A DNA stretch of 64,000 nt from an uncultured delta proteobacterium (GTDB lineage Bacteria; Desulfobacterota; RBG-13-43-22): positions 768,001 through 832,000 of the forward strand of contig CAWBOS010000006.1 of the NCBI GenBank assembly GCA_963790475.1. The letters are read 5' to 3'. The notes beneath the pieces are model-generated. The model worked only from the letters and a program-made list of their open reading frames with translations, was not told where the DNA came from and ran no database searches. Made by a program: the position numbers and the translations under genes. Below are positions 1 through 10,031 of this stretch, piece after piece (positions within the stretch are counted from its first letter, which is position 1; the number at the start of each line of letters is the position of its first letter).

Positions 1-297
1 AACTCTGCTATTAAACCGTAACACCTTAAGACCTAAGCTGGCTAAATATTCGTCACGATTCTTATCCTTTTGGGAGTGATCATCTTCAATATGTTGAGAT
101 CCATCCACTTCAATAACCAATTTGACCCTTGGCGCAAAGAAATCTATAATGTATTGACCAATGGGTTTCTGACGGTAACATTGAATCCCCTCAATTTGTT
201 TCCTCCGAAGGCGAGACCACAGAGTGCTTTCACTATCTGTTTGTTCCTTGCGCAATTGACGCGCATTACCTTTAAGGTTGGTTGAATATTGCAACAT
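1..297 (-). CDS. DUF559/Vsr-like endonuclease domain protein (3' end runs off the window)
   Basis: Manual translation MLQYSTNLKGNARQLRKEQTDSESTLWSRLRRKQ..RQKPIGQYIIDF..KLVIEVDGSQH..RDEYLASLGLKVLRF; GAGG RBS. Not in the ORF track. Confidence 0.88.
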   Translation of the reverse strand, partial: MLQYSTNLKGNARQLRKEQTDSESTLWSRLRRKQIEGIQCYRQKPIGQYIIDFFAPRVKLVIEVDGSQHIEDDHSQKDKNRDEYLASLGLKVLRFNSRV

Positions 298-318
298 GCG
301 TACCTCTTTATAATTTAA

Positions 319-358
319 AAATCCCCCCTTACCCCCCTTTTCCAAAGGGGGGAATTTA
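319..358. repeat. REP-like GC hairpin (CCCCCCTTT-TCC-AAAGGGGGG) upstream of the DUF559 gene
   Basis: Inverted repeat seen directly. Confidence 0.6.
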
Positions 359-403
359 AATTTAACATTTAAGCCCCACAAATAAAAAACGTTTTCATTT
401 ACT

Positions 404-1390
404 TTATTTCAACAGGATCTCCCCATCAGCCGGCATGCCGGGTTTCAACTCCATATTGAGATTGGGGATCTCCACTTTGATCCGATAGACCAGTTTTACC
501 CGCTCTTTTTGGGTCTGAACATTTTTGGGAGTGAACTCGGCCTGAGGGGCAATGAAAGAAATCTTACCCTCGTAATTTTTACCGGGGAAAGTATCGGTAA
601 TTATTTTTACCTGTTGTCCCACCTTGACCCGCCCCAAGTCGGTTTCATTAATATAGGCCCGCAAATAAACCCGGCTCAAATCACCCATGGAAATGACCGG
701 AGTTCCAGGGGAAACATATTCTCCCGGTTGAACGTTTTCGGAAAGGACCATCCCTGAAATGGGAGAGGTGAGGGTTGCATAATTCATCCTGGTCTCCGCC
801 AGTCCCAGGGCTTGTTCGGCCTGCCCCAGGGCCGCACGGGCCTGATCGATTTTTTCCTTCCGGGGCCCCTTACGGACCAAGGTCAAGGCCTCCTTGGCCT
901 CACGGATTCGGGCTTCAGTGCCCTCAAAAGCGGTTTTGGCCTGGTCGAATTCACGAGTGGAGATCACTTCCCTTTCATACAGCCTTTTCTGCCTTTCGAA
1001 TTCATCCCTGGTCCGGCTCCCATCGGCCTGCACTCGTTCCAGAACGGCCTCGGCCTGAGCAATTTCTTCAGGCCGCGATCCGGTTTGCGCTTCTGCCAAA
1101 ACGGACCGGGCGGCTGCCACCTGGTCCCTGCGCTGGGCAATTTCCAACTTCAGGTCTTTGTCGTCCAGGCGGGCCACCAGCTGGCCAACGGTTAGCATAT
1201 CTCCTTCGAATACCGGTCGCTCCTCGACCCGCCCCGGAATCTTGAAACTGACCTCCACATCAGTGATCTCGATGTTACCTGAAACACGAATACGATTCAC
1301 ATCCGGGGTTTGATGATTCTTAAAATAAAAAATTCCGGCAACCGCGGCGGCGATTACCACCAAAGCAAGGATGATGATCTTCTTTCTCAT
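404..1390 (-). CDS. HlyD-family efflux periplasmic adaptor (YbhG-like)
   Basis: N-terminal TM, coiled coil, AEFTPKNVQT..ERVKLVYRIK motif; start trimmed to MRKKIII. Confidence 0.92.
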   Translation of the reverse strand: MRKKIIILALVVIAAAVAGIFYFKNHQTPDVNRIRVSGNIEITDVEVSFKIPGRVEERPVFEGDMLTVGQLVARLDDKDLKLEIAQRRDQVAAARSVLAEAQTGSRPEEIAQAEAVLERVQADGSRTRDEFERQKRLYEREVISTREFDQAKTAFEGTEARIREAKEALTLVRKGPRKEKIDQARAALGQAEQALGLAETRMNYATLTSPISGMVLSENVQPGEYVSPGTPVISMGDLSRVYLRAYINETDLGRVKVGQQVKIITDTFPGKNYEGKISFIAPQAEFTPKNVQTQKERVKLVYRIKVEIPNLNMELKPGMPADGEILLK

Positions 1391-1403
1391 TTTTACCCTC
1401 TTT

Positions 1404-1634
1404 TCACCCGCTTTTCTTAACAAAGACATGGAAAGTCCCTCTATCTTCTTCCACGCCCAGACATTCGTGACCGGTCTGCCGGCACCAGCTTGGCATATCC
1501 TGTTCTATGCCTTTGTCATCGGCCAGGATTTCCAGTATCTGTCCCGGTTTCAACGTCTTTATTTTTTTGGCTGTTTCTATAATAGGCATAGGGCAGTAAA
1601 GCCCTACGCAATCCAGAATTTCGTCTGCTTTCAT
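1404..1634 (-). CDS. tusA: TusA/SirA-family sulfur carrier
   Basis: LDCVGLYCPMP motif, 76 aa. Confidence 0.9.
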   Translation of the reverse strand: MKADEILDCVGLYCPMPIIETAKKIKTLKPGQILEILADDKGIEQDMPSWCRQTGHECLGVEEDRGTFHVFVKKSG

Positions 1635-1645
1635 GGCCTCTCCCC

Positions 1646-1827
1646 CTAAATAAACAGATTGATCTCGCTCTCCCTGGCGGCGGCCATAATAATGGCTACG
1701 CCGGCAAAACTAATCAACCTCCGGGATAGGCCGGCAATTGCCCTCCGAAGGCCGAACTAAAAGTGGCCAAGGCCTTAACCATCTCACCGCTAAAGACGAT
1801 GATGGTTCTTTGTTCCTTCTCAGTCAT
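1646..1827 (-). pseudogene. DsrE/DsrF-like (DsrE2 peroxiredoxin-family) remnant with internal deletion and frameshift
   Basis: N-terminus MTEKEQRTIIVFSGEMVKALATF and, in another frame, C-terminus FAGVAIIMAAARESEINLFI*; lies between iscS and tusA. Confidence 0.7.
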
Positions 1828-1885
1828 TTCTTCCTCTTTCCCTTTTCCCTGCTTTGGTTCTTCAAGGCAATAAACCGGCATGGTT

Positions 1886-3082
1886 TCAACTCTTTCCTTC
1901 CTTTATAAATTTAGCATATAAGGGAGACATCTGTCGCAGCCGGTCCACGATGGGCGAAAATTTTTCCAGCAGGTAATCGATGTCTTCTTCATGGGTTTCG
2001 AAACCGAGGGTCAGCAACAGGGACCCTTGGGCGATTTCAGGGGGCAATCCCATGGCCAGGAGGACGTGGGAAGCCTTAAGGGCCTTCGAGGTGCAAGCTG
2101 ATCCGCTGGAGACAGCAATGCCATCCAGGCTCATGAACAACAGCATAGCTTCCCCTTCAATGAATTCAACGCAGAAACTGGCATGATGAGGAAGGCGACG
2201 GCTGGGATGACCGGTAAGGACCACGTGGTCGATTTTCTTCATCATCCCTTCAATCAAGCGGTCACGAAGTTTGGAAAAGCGGGCCGAGCGTGGAGCCATA
2301 TCCCTTTTGGCAATCTCGGCCGCCTTGCCCAGACCAACGAAAGCAGGCACATCCTCAGTCCCCGGTCTTCGCCCGTTTTCCTGGATACCGCCATCCATCT
2401 GGGGGATCAGTCGGACCCCTTTTCGCAGCCATAAGGCGCCCGAACCCTTGGGCCCATAAAACTGATTCCCGGCCAGGCTCAGGGCATCAATCTTGAGTTC
2501 CTGGACATCGACCGGTATATTTCCGGTGCTGGCAACTGCATCGGTATGAAAAAGGACTCCAGCCTCTTTCACTTTTTGAGCGATCTCCAAAATCGGTTGA
2601 ATAGTACCGACCTCTCCATTGGAGTGCATAATAGACACCAGGATGGTATCTTTCCGGATTGTCTTACTCACGTCATCGGGATTAATCAAGCCGTACTTAT
2701 CAACCGGCACTAAGCTGAATTCATATCCGGCCTTTTCCATCCTGCGGACGGTATTGAGCACGGAGAAATGCTCTATGGCCGATACTACGATATGTTTCCC
2801 TTTACCAAGTTGCCCTTGAGCCAATCCTTTTATGGCCAGATTATTGGATTCAGTACCGCTGGCGGTAAAGATGATTTCTTCGTCGTTTCCGTTGATAAGG
2901 GAGGCGACCTGTTCGCGGGCGGTATCCAAGGCCTCTCGGCTCTGTTCACCCCAGTCATGAATGGACTGGGGATTGCCGTAGATGTCCCTGAAATAGGGAA
3001 GCATGGCCTCCATCACCTCAGGTAATACCGGTGCCCCGGCAATGTAGTCAAGATAGACTTTACGATCCGTTGTTGTTTCCAA
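1886..3082 (-). CDS. iscS: Cysteine desulfurase (IscS/NifS type)
   Basis: YLDY, GNPQSIH, SGTESNN, FHTDAV, SSGSACTS motifs. Confidence 0.93.
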   Translation of the reverse strand: METTTDRKVYLDYIAGAPVLPEVMEAMLPYFRDIYGNPQSIHDWGEQSREALDTAREQVASLINGNDEEIIFTASGTESNNLAIKGLAQGQLGKGKHIVVSAIEHFSVLNTVRRMEKAGYEFSLVPVDKYGLINPDDVSKTIRKDTILVSIMHSNGEVGTIQPILEIAQKVKEAGVLFHTDAVASTGNIPVDVQELKIDALSLAGNQFYGPKGSGALWLRKGVRLIPQMDGGIQENGRRPGTEDVPAFVGLGKAAEIAKRDMAPRSARFSKLRDRLIEGMMKKIDHVVLTGHPSRRLPHHASFCVEFIEGEAMLLFMSLDGIAVSSGSACTSKALKASHVLLAMGLPPEIAQGSLLLTLGFETHEEDIDYLLEKFSPIVDRLRQMSPLYAKFIKEGKS

Positions 3083-3145
3083 GATGGTTTACCTCCTTAC
3101 TGAATTTGGCATTTCCTGTCAGGGTCTAATCCTCTGTCCTTTAAG

Positions 3146-3334
3146 TTATTCCTCCCAATGGATGCAGGAGACCGGACAGGTATCAATGGCCTCATCGATA
3201 CACTCTTTGGATCCTCCTTCAGGCAAAATCACTTCAGCTTTTTCTTTTTCTTCGTTCAGTTGAAAGACTTCCGGGCAGAGTTCCGAACAGCTTCCACAGC
3301 CGATACATTCCTCTTCTTTTATGATTACTTTCAA
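3146..3334 (-). CDS. Monocluster ferredoxin
   Basis: CIGCGSC..CP and CPVSCI. Confidence 0.92.
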   Translation of the reverse strand: MKVIIKEEECIGCGSCSELCPEVFQLNEEKEKAEVILPEGGSKECIDEAIDTCPVSCIHWEE

Positions 3335-3503
3335 TCGGTCCTTCTTTTTATCATTTATGACTTGATTTCTAGAGTATAAGGGAAATGAGTAGAATCAAAG
3401 GGCTTCATTCTCCAACGACCATCGTATCCTCCAGTTGCCTCCCTCTATGCCCGATACAGAGCTCCTGGTTGACCGCGGTAAAACCCCAATCCAGGAAATA
3501 TTT

Positions 3504-4052
3504 TCAGTCACCCTTCAACAATTTTTCCGCTTCACTGATTTTATTTTTGTATATAAGGTGAATCAAGTTTTTATCGAATTCCCATTCTTCCTGCAGCATA
3601 ACTTCTTGCTCCTCCTTGCTGAAGTATTTCATGATGGGCATGAAAAAGTGCCGGTCCTCCTTTTCGATATGCTTAGGATAAAAATCGATCAGGAACTTCA
3701 ACCGGTCGAGCATAATGCTTAAGGCTTCTCGATCTCCTTCCAAATATTGTCTTTTGGCTTTGACCAGATCAGCCACGGTCTTCCTGCCTTGCTGATGTTC
3801 TTCCATCAGTTCATCCATGATCTGTTTTTCTTCGACGGACAGGGCCTTTTTGCTCAAGTCCCGGAAGAGGATATCTTCCTCTTTTCCGTGGTGGCAGCGG
3901 TCGGCATAAACACGGATGAAATCGACGGCCAGATCGATGAATTCAGGGTTTATCTTATTTTGCTGTTCCCCTTGGTTAATTTCCTTTTGAATTACCGCGA
4001 GCATCTTTTCGATCAGTCGGTGTTCGATCATCAGGGGGGCTATGGGTAACAT
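3504..4052 (-). CDS. Hemerythrin (HHE) domain protein
   Basis: EHRLI, HHGKEEDILF, EEHQQGR, HIEKED. Confidence 0.9.
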   Translation of the reverse strand: MLPIAPLMIEHRLIEKMLAVIQKEINQGEQQNKINPEFIDLAVDFIRVYADRCHHGKEEDILFRDLSKKALSVEEKQIMDELMEEHQQGRKTVADLVKAKRQYLEGDREALSIMLDRLKFLIDFYPKHIEKEDRHFFMPIMKYFSKEEQEVMLQEEWEFDKNLIHLIYKNKISEAEKLLKGD

Positions 4053-4064
4053 GGTAAAACCTCC

Positions 4065-4718
4065 TTATAAATTTTTTGCCTTTTTAGAGATCCTGTCCTT
4101 AAAAGGCCCGACCGCCGGGATGTCTATCTTAAGGGCCTTTTCAAAAATCGGCCAAGCCTTTTTTATATGTTTTGAAGCGTCGAACTTGCCCTGGCTCAAA
4201 TACCAGAGTATGGCCGGAGGTTGAATAAGCCCCAAATAAATAACCGAAACCGTAGCGGGGTCGAGGCCAGGCTTGATCTGGCCCATCTGTTGACCCTTTT
4301 GGATGATCTCGGTTACCTGCCCCAGGATTTCCAGGATAATTCTATAGATGGCCGTTCTTCTCAGGGGATGCGAAGCCGATATTTCGTCGGAAAAAACGAT
4401 CCGGGGGATGGCCTGAAATTCTTGAATCATCTGGATATGGCGCATCATGAGTCTTTTAAGCTGATCCAAAGGCCGGGGAGATTCCCGGCGCACCGACCGG
4501 ACATTTTCGGCAATCAGGTCTCGGACCAATTCTATGGTCGATTCCAGGATTTCTTCTTTCCCTTTAAAATGGCGGTAAAGGGCCGAAGGGACCAGCCCGA
4601 CTCTTCGGGCTACCGCGGCAACACTTAACCCTTTCACCCCTTGGCGGGCGATCAAGGACATGGCCGCCCCGGCAATCTGCCTCTTCCGTATTTCGCTGGT
4701 CAGTTTTTCGGCTCTCAT
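4065..4718 (-). CDS. TetR/AcrR transcriptional regulator
   Basis: HTH VARRVGLVPSALYRHFKGKEEI; start probably MRAEK. Confidence 0.92.
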   Translation of the reverse strand: MRAEKLTSEIRKRQIAGAAMSLIARQGVKGLSVAAVARRVGLVPSALYRHFKGKEEILESTIELVRDLIAENVRSVRRESPRPLDQLKRLMMRHIQMIQEFQAIPRIVFSDEISASHPLRRTAIYRIILEILGQVTEIIQKGQQMGQIKPGLDPATVSVIYLGLIQPPAILWYLSQGKFDASKHIKKAWPIFEKALKIDIPAVGPFKDRISKKAKNL

Positions 4719-4728
4719 AATTGGTAAC

Positions 4729-4777
4729 AATAGTGAATTGTGATTCACTATTTTAAAACATTAAACAAACCTGTCAA
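4729..4777 (-). promoter_or_regulatory. Sigma70 promoter with overlapping palindromic operator (probable TetR autoregulation site)
   Basis: TTGACA-16-TAAAAT on the minus strand; perfect inverted repeat AATAGTGAAT-N4-ATTCACTATT at 4729-4752. Confidence 0.7.
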
Positions 4778-4956
4778 GAAAAATTTTACGGTGCGACGAG
4801 GGGGATAGAAGAATTCTGAAAATCGGCCTTTCAGGGGAGGGATAATGCGGAGTCGTCCTAAAGAGCCCGCCTGAGGTGTTCATGTATTATCTTTGTTCCT
4901 ATCAATAAATTGATTTAATCTGAGAATTCACAAAACTACCGCGATTCCTTGTGTTT

Positions 4957-5802
4957 CTATCCTATCCATTCCCTGAGAGTTGAAATTTCCCCGGCCAGAT
5001 CCTGGGCCTGGGGGTGGACCTCGATGGAAATGCTTCCCTGGTAATCGAGGTCCCGTAAACGTCGAATACAGGTCTTGAGATCCACGTAACCGTTTCTAAG
5101 ACCCTGGTGCTGATCGAAAGTTCCGTCGTTATTATGCAGGTGGACGTTGTTCAAAATATCCAGACAAGCGCTCAGAGCGTCGGCCACGGTGCCGTAACGC
5201 TTATAGGGGGGTTCGGGACCGCGTTTGGTAAGGTTGGCGTGGCCGGTATCAAAGGTCATGGCTACGGGCAGACCATCCTCATTTTTGAGCCTGCGGATCA
5301 AGGCCGCGCACTCTCCTATGTCATGCAGATTCATGGCGTTTTCAATGGAAAGGGTCATGCTGGAACCTTTACATAAACCGGCCAGGCGGGTGAAGGCCAA
5401 ATACTGCCGATGTGGTTCACGCGCCGTCATGATCCCTTCGGTCGTGCCGGTGGCATGGGCCACTGCATAATCAAGGTTCAGCCTTTTGCCAATCTCGATG
5501 GCCAAGCGCATCTGTTCCATGGCATCGTCCCGAACCCGCTCATTGACACTGATCACGTTAAGGGCAAAAAAGGGCAGATGAGCCCCGGTACGCTGAAAAT
5601 GGCTTAAGAAGGCCTCGACCTCCCGAAATTCATTTTCTTCCCATTCCCATGGATAGGGGGCGAATCTCCGCCCGATACCTTCCAGAACCAGTTCGACGCT
5701 GGTCAAATTAAACTGTTCCTGAAGCCTCAGGACCATTTCACGGGCCTCGCTTCGAGTGTGGCGATCATGGTCAATGGCGCTCAAGCAAATACCGATATGC
5801 AT
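4957..5802 (-). CDS. Sugar phosphate isomerase/epimerase (AP-endonuclease-2 TIM barrel)
   Basis: SIEN, FDTGHA, VHLHNNDG..DQH, SIEV metal motifs. Confidence 0.85.
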   Translation of the reverse strand: MHIGICLSAIDHDRHTRSEAREMVLRLQEQFNLTSVELVLEGIGRRFAPYPWEWEENEFREVEAFLSHFQRTGAHLPFFALNVISVNERVRDDAMEQMRLAIEIGKRLNLDYAVAHATGTTEGIMTAREPHRQYLAFTRLAGLCKGSSMTLSIENAMNLHDIGECAALIRRLKNEDGLPVAMTFDTGHANLTKRGPEPPYKRYGTVADALSACLDILNNVHLHNNDGTFDQHQGLRNGYVDLKTCIRRLRDLDYQGSISIEVHPQAQDLAGEISTLREWIG

Positions 5803-6191
5803 GGCGATCTCCTTTCAAAATTCTAGAAAACCTTCAGCCCACGGCTGAATCGTTTTTATAGCTTCCTTATTTTATCAAAAAATACTTCTACTGTCTTCGG
5901 TACCGGGGTTTCTCGACTCCACCTCAATAAAACAACTTGATGGAAGTTTTACACCACATTGAGGGAAGTTAGTCAAGATAGAAAGAGACAATCACCCCGG
6001 ATTTAAGTGAAATAGCTCCATTGGAGGCCAAGGAAAAATAAAATGATCACCCTCATCCTTTCCGAAGGCTCCTATTTCCCCGAGGAGAATTTAGAATTTG
6101 TATTAAGATTCAAGAGTAGATCTAATCCCTTTTCATAAATTTCTTGCTTTAGTGAATAAAAAATGAAATCCTCTATGAAAAGGAGAGGGAA

Positions 6192-6884
6192 ATGGACACT
6201 AAACCATTTGAGATCATTCCCGGAATTTATTGTGTGGGTGGTTCCGAACTCTCCCATCCCCAAGATGCCCTGGTTTATCTGATCAAAGGAGAAGGGAAGA
6301 CCGCGCTCATCGATTCCGGAGCGGGAAAGGGCTCGGCCGTGATCTGGGAAAATATCCGGGAAGCGGGAGTGAATCCGCAGGATCTGACCTATCTTATTCT
6401 AACCCATGGCCATGTAGACCATATTGGCGGGGCCTCCTTTTTCCAGGAACGTACCCGTTGCCTTACGGTTGCCCATGAATTGGATCAGGAGGCCATCGAG
6501 ACCGGGGATCCAGGTTTGACCGCCTCTTCCTGGTATGGCCTGAACCTACCCCGTCTTAAAGTCGATCGGGTATTAAAGGACAAGATCGAGGAACTTCCTA
6601 TGGGCCGAAAAGAAAATCTTATCTGTTTACACACCCCGGGTCACACCCCGGGATCGATTTCCCTTTACCTCGATCGACAGAAACTACGGGTCCTCTTCGG
6701 TCAGGATATCCACGGCCCTTTTTCCAAGGCTTTCGGATCCAACCTCAGTGATTGGAAACTTTCCATGGAGGAACTACTAGCCTTAAAGGCCGACATCCTA
6801 TGCGAAGGACATTTCGGTATCTTTCGACCGGCCCAAAAGGTGCAGAGCTATATCGAACAATACATGAAACAATATTTATCCTGA
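6192..6884 (+). CDS. MBL-fold metallo-hydrolase
   Basis: THGHVDHIGG, HTPGHTPG, CEGH. Confidence 0.92.
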   Translation: MDTKPFEIIPGIYCVGGSELSHPQDALVYLIKGEGKTALIDSGAGKGSAVIWENIREAGVNPQDLTYLILTHGHVDHIGGASFFQERTRCLTVAHELDQEAIETGDPGLTASSWYGLNLPRLKVDRVLKDKIEELPMGRKENLICLHTPGHTPGSISLYLDRQKLRVLFGQDIHGPFSKAFGSNLSDWKLSMEELLALKADILCEGHFGIFRPAQKVQSYIEQYMKQYLS

Positions 6885-7311
6885 AATCCAGTCCCCTTTA
6901 TTTCCTTAAATCTGACCAATGCTAACACAAATCCCCGTTTTAGGTTATTCTTGTAACTGCCGATATTATGGCCTTCTGTGGATTTCTACAGGAACACAAT
7001 TTGTCAATGTTAATATTCCAAATAAAATGTTCACAACGATCCTCCCTTGTCTGGAGCCAAGAGGCTGCTCACAAGGCCCTCATGCAGTGAGTAAAGGGGG
7101 ACGCTGGGACTAAAACAACTTATTTTTTATCTTTTTCTTATTTGTGACCCAGAATAACCGATTGATTCCTTGGTTACTCGGCAATCCGAAATCTAAATTC
7201 TGAAATGGTCTTTGGAAAATAGGGACACATCCGGGATTTTGATATTGCTTTGAAAAAGTCTTTAAACAAATAAGAGAGGGCGTCCTCTACCAAACGTAGG
7301 ATTTTCCCCTT

Positions 7312-7439
7312 TCCCGGTAGCAATGACAAAGGGGCCGCACCCTTTCTCATCCCGAAGAGGTCAGTTAAGTCCTTCTGCGCCGATGGTACTGCCTGGGCAT
7401 TCCCCAGAGGCGGGATGGGAGAGTAGGACGCCACCTGGA
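7312..7439 (+). rRNA. rrf: Degenerate full-length 5S rRNA-like copy A (probable pseudogene) with a short palindromic insertion
   Basis: CCCGGTAGC..GCACCC..CATCCCGAA..GTTAAGTCC..GCGCCGATGGTACTGC..GGGAGAGTAGGACGCCACCTGG follows the bacterial 5S pattern; mismatches in helix I and in the CCGAAC loop. Confidence 0.75.
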
Positions 7440-7611
7440 ATTAAAAAAAGTCCGTTTTCAATCCGCCCTGTTTTTCTTCTCAAAATTTTATCATTGATCC
7501 TGCATTTTTCTTGTTTTATACTTAAATAAAGGGTTGACCTGGTAAATAAAATATGAAGTTATCAAGTACTACCCGGAGAGACTTCCCCCGAACCACCAAA
7601 ATTCGCTAAAA

Positions 7612-7938
7612 GTGAGGAGCCGGCTTATGATAGAGTTCAATCCTTATGAAAAAGGTACTAGGGGATGGGGCTTCAACCCGATAATTTTCGAATTTCCTGA
7701 AACCCCGCCATTTTCAAAAAAGGATAGTCCCCAAAAAATACATATCACCAGAAGAGAAGTAGAAGTGTTGCAATGGTTACAACAGGGGAAGAGTTCCTGG
7801 GAGATATCTAAAATACTCGGTCTTAGTGAGAGGACGGTAAATTTCCATATCTATAATGTCATGGAAAAGATTAAGGCGGTAAATCGACTGCAGATGGTAA
7901 GCATTGCTTTGCGCTTGGGGCTTATTGATCTGAAATAA
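7612..7938 (+). CDS. Stand-alone LuxR-type HTH regulator (no ligand-binding domain)
   Basis: ITRREVEVLQW..GKSSWEISKILGLSERTVNFH..KIKAVNR. Confidence 0.85.
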   Translation: MRSRLMIEFNPYEKGTRGWGFNPIIFEFPETPPFSKKDSPQKIHITRREVEVLQWLQQGKSSWEISKILGLSERTVNFHIYNVMEKIKAVNRLQMVSIALRLGLIDLK

Positions 7939-8217
7939 ACCAATCCATCCGGCGCCCTTGCCTTTTTCCCAAACATAGATGGCCCACCTGATGAGACTCC
8001 TGTAATTTCTTACAGGTGTTTTTAAAATAATTAAACGTTAATAATTTACCATTTCTAAAACCGAATGTAATCATGGGGAGGGAACAATTTAGGCGTTGGC
8101 CCATCACTTTCTTTAATGATTTTAATCCTGCATAACCCCTTTTCGGATTTTTTGTGATTGAGATGGGGAGCATTTTCATATTTACGTATTTTTTTAAGAA
8201 GGGAGCCTTAAAAAAGA

Positions 8218-9384
8218 ATGGAAAAGTCAAACCGTGATGCTGTAATCGTCGCTGCTGTTCGGACACCCATTGGCAGGCGTGGCAAATCCCTGAGCCAGAC
8301 GCGGCCTGAAGACCTGGCGGCAGATGTGCTGAATGGAGTAATTCGACGCTCTGGCATTGATCCTGGTGAGGTGGAAGATATTATCATGGGGTGCGGTACG
8401 CCTACGGGTGAGCAGGGGGTGAATATCGGGCGTCTTTCCACCTTGATTGCCGATTTCCCGGTTGAAGTGCCTGCTGTTACGATCAACCGTATGTGTGCCT
8501 CTAGTGATCAGGCAACCCACTTCGCCACACAGGCTATTCTGGCGGGTGATCTGGACGTGGTCATTGCCGCTGGAATCGAGAGCATGAGCCGGGTTCCCAT
8601 GGGTTCCGATAGTGCCCCAAAATTCAGTAGACGGCTGGCCAAGAAATACTGGATCATTCCACAGGGTGAGTCTGCAGAACTTATGGCGGAAAAATGGCAG
8701 ATAAGTCGAGAAGAATTAGATGCCTATTCCCTCGAAAGTCACAGACGTGCTGCCCAGGCCCAGGACGAAGGGCGTTTTGATCGAGAAATCATGCCTCTTG
8801 AGATCGTTGGCCCTGAAGGAACCTCTGTTTTATTTGCTAAGGACGAAGGTCCACGCCGGGATACTTCAATGGACCAACTGGCAGGATTAGCTCCAGCGTT
8901 CAAGGAGGGGGGCAAAATCACTGCCGGGAATTCAAGTCAGATGAGCGATGGGGCGGCTGCTATCCTTTTTATGAAGCGGGAAAAGGCCAAGCGTCTGGGG
9001 TTAAAACCGAGGGCACGCATTATCGGCCGCGTGTCGGTCGGTTCTGATCCCACATTGCAGCTTTCCGGGCCTATCGTCGCTACAAAAAAAGTGCTCCAAA
9101 AGACTGGCCTTACGCTGAAAGACTTGGACGTCATCGAGGTGAACGAGGCCTTTGCCTCAGTGGTACTGGCTTGGGCTCGGGAGTTTAAACCGGATATGGG
9201 GAAAGTAAATCCCAACGGCGGAGCCATCGCCTTGGGTCATCCCCTGGGGGCGACTGGTGCCAGGATCATGACGACGCTACTGAATGAATTGGAGCGACGC
9301 GACGGACGCTACGGTCTCCAGACCATGTGTATCGGCCACGGACTGGCGAATGCCACAATTATTGAGCGAGAAGATGGTTTTTAA
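8218..9384 (+). CDS. Thiolase (acetyl-CoA C-acyltransferase)
   Basis: NRMCASS, NEAFA, GHPLGATG, MCIGHG. Confidence 0.95.
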   Translation: MEKSNRDAVIVAAVRTPIGRRGKSLSQTRPEDLAADVLNGVIRRSGIDPGEVEDIIMGCGTPTGEQGVNIGRLSTLIADFPVEVPAVTINRMCASSDQATHFATQAILAGDLDVVIAAGIESMSRVPMGSDSAPKFSRRLAKKYWIIPQGESAELMAEKWQISREELDAYSLESHRRAAQAQDEGRFDREIMPLEIVGPEGTSVLFAKDEGPRRDTSMDQLAGLAPAFKEGGKITAGNSSQMSDGAAAILFMKREKAKRLGLKPRARIIGRVSVGSDPTLQLSGPIVATKKVLQKTGLTLKDLDVIEVNEAFASVVLAWAREFKPDMGKVNPNGGAIALGHPLGATGARIMTTLLNELERRDGRYGLQTMCIGHGLANATIIEREDGF

Positions 9385-9386
9385 CC

Positions 9387-9453
9387 TAAGTTAGCCCTTC
9401 GGCCCTGATGGTGCTGTTCGGGCAACTGGGCGGGCGAGTAGAACACCACCCGG
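9387..9453 (+). pseudogene. 5S rRNA 3'-part relic, copy B
   Basis: AAGTTAGCCCTTC..GATGGTGCTG..GGGCAACTGGGCGGGCGAGTAGAACACCACCCGG, starting 2 nt after the thiolase stop. Confidence 0.65.
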
Positions 9454-9462
9454 TATTTTTTC

Positions 9463-9510
9463 AGCCCCTTTTCAATCCTCCGTTTCTCGGGATTGAAAAG
9501 GAGCTTTTTA
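9463..9510 (+). terminator. Intrinsic terminator
   Basis: CCTTTTCAATCC..GGATTGAAAAGG stem followed by a T-run. Confidence 0.75.
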
Positions 9511-9724
9511 TTTTTATCCTATTCAGTAGACCAAAGTTGTCCACTGAATAAAAGGGCTTTCTTGACTGCTGTGAACCGTGCGCTACTGGCGGTGATTGTG
9601 AATGTGGCTGCTGCAAGGCAGTGCCGAAAGAAGACAAGAAACCGAGCTGCTGAGGTGAGGATAGAGGGAGTCTATTAAAGAGACAGGGCCCCTCCTGGCT
9701 GGTAGAAAATCATGGAAAAATTAA

Positions 9725-9844
9725 AATAGCCAAGGGGCCACACCCGTTCCCATCTCGAACTCGTAAGTTCTAATCCCTTCTGCGCCGATGGTACTGCCTG
9801 GGCAGTCCTGCTGAGGCGGGATGGGAGAGTAGGACATCACCGGG
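9725..9844 (+). rRNA. rrf: Degenerate near-full 5S rRNA-like copy C (lacks the 5' strand of helix I; palindromic insertion)
   Basis: ATAGCCAAGGGGCCACACCCGTTCCCATCTCGAAC..GCGCCGATGGTACTGCC..GGGAGAGTAGGACATCACCGGG. Confidence 0.78.
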
Positions 9845-10031
9845 CTTTTTCTTTTTTGCTGCCCTTTGAACCCTCAGAAAAAAATTTCTCGGCGCTTTTT
9901 TCAAGCAGTATATGGAAACAGCAATTCCCCTTAGCTTCAAAATCAGACTAACCTCCTGAAAGGTAACCCCGCCCTTCCCTTTTTCAACCTTCCTTGCCTT
10001 TAAAATAATTCCGTTTTACAATGAGAACTAC

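Noticed and set aside
7039-7103. Possible multi-stem RNA (AGCC/GGCT, GCTCAC/GTGAGT)
   Set aside because: Stems are short and match no family I recognise.
9520-9720. Unexplained DNA between 5S relics B and C; the minus strand reads TFTITAS, loosely like a pilin tail
   Set aside because: No start or RBS and too short to support a call.
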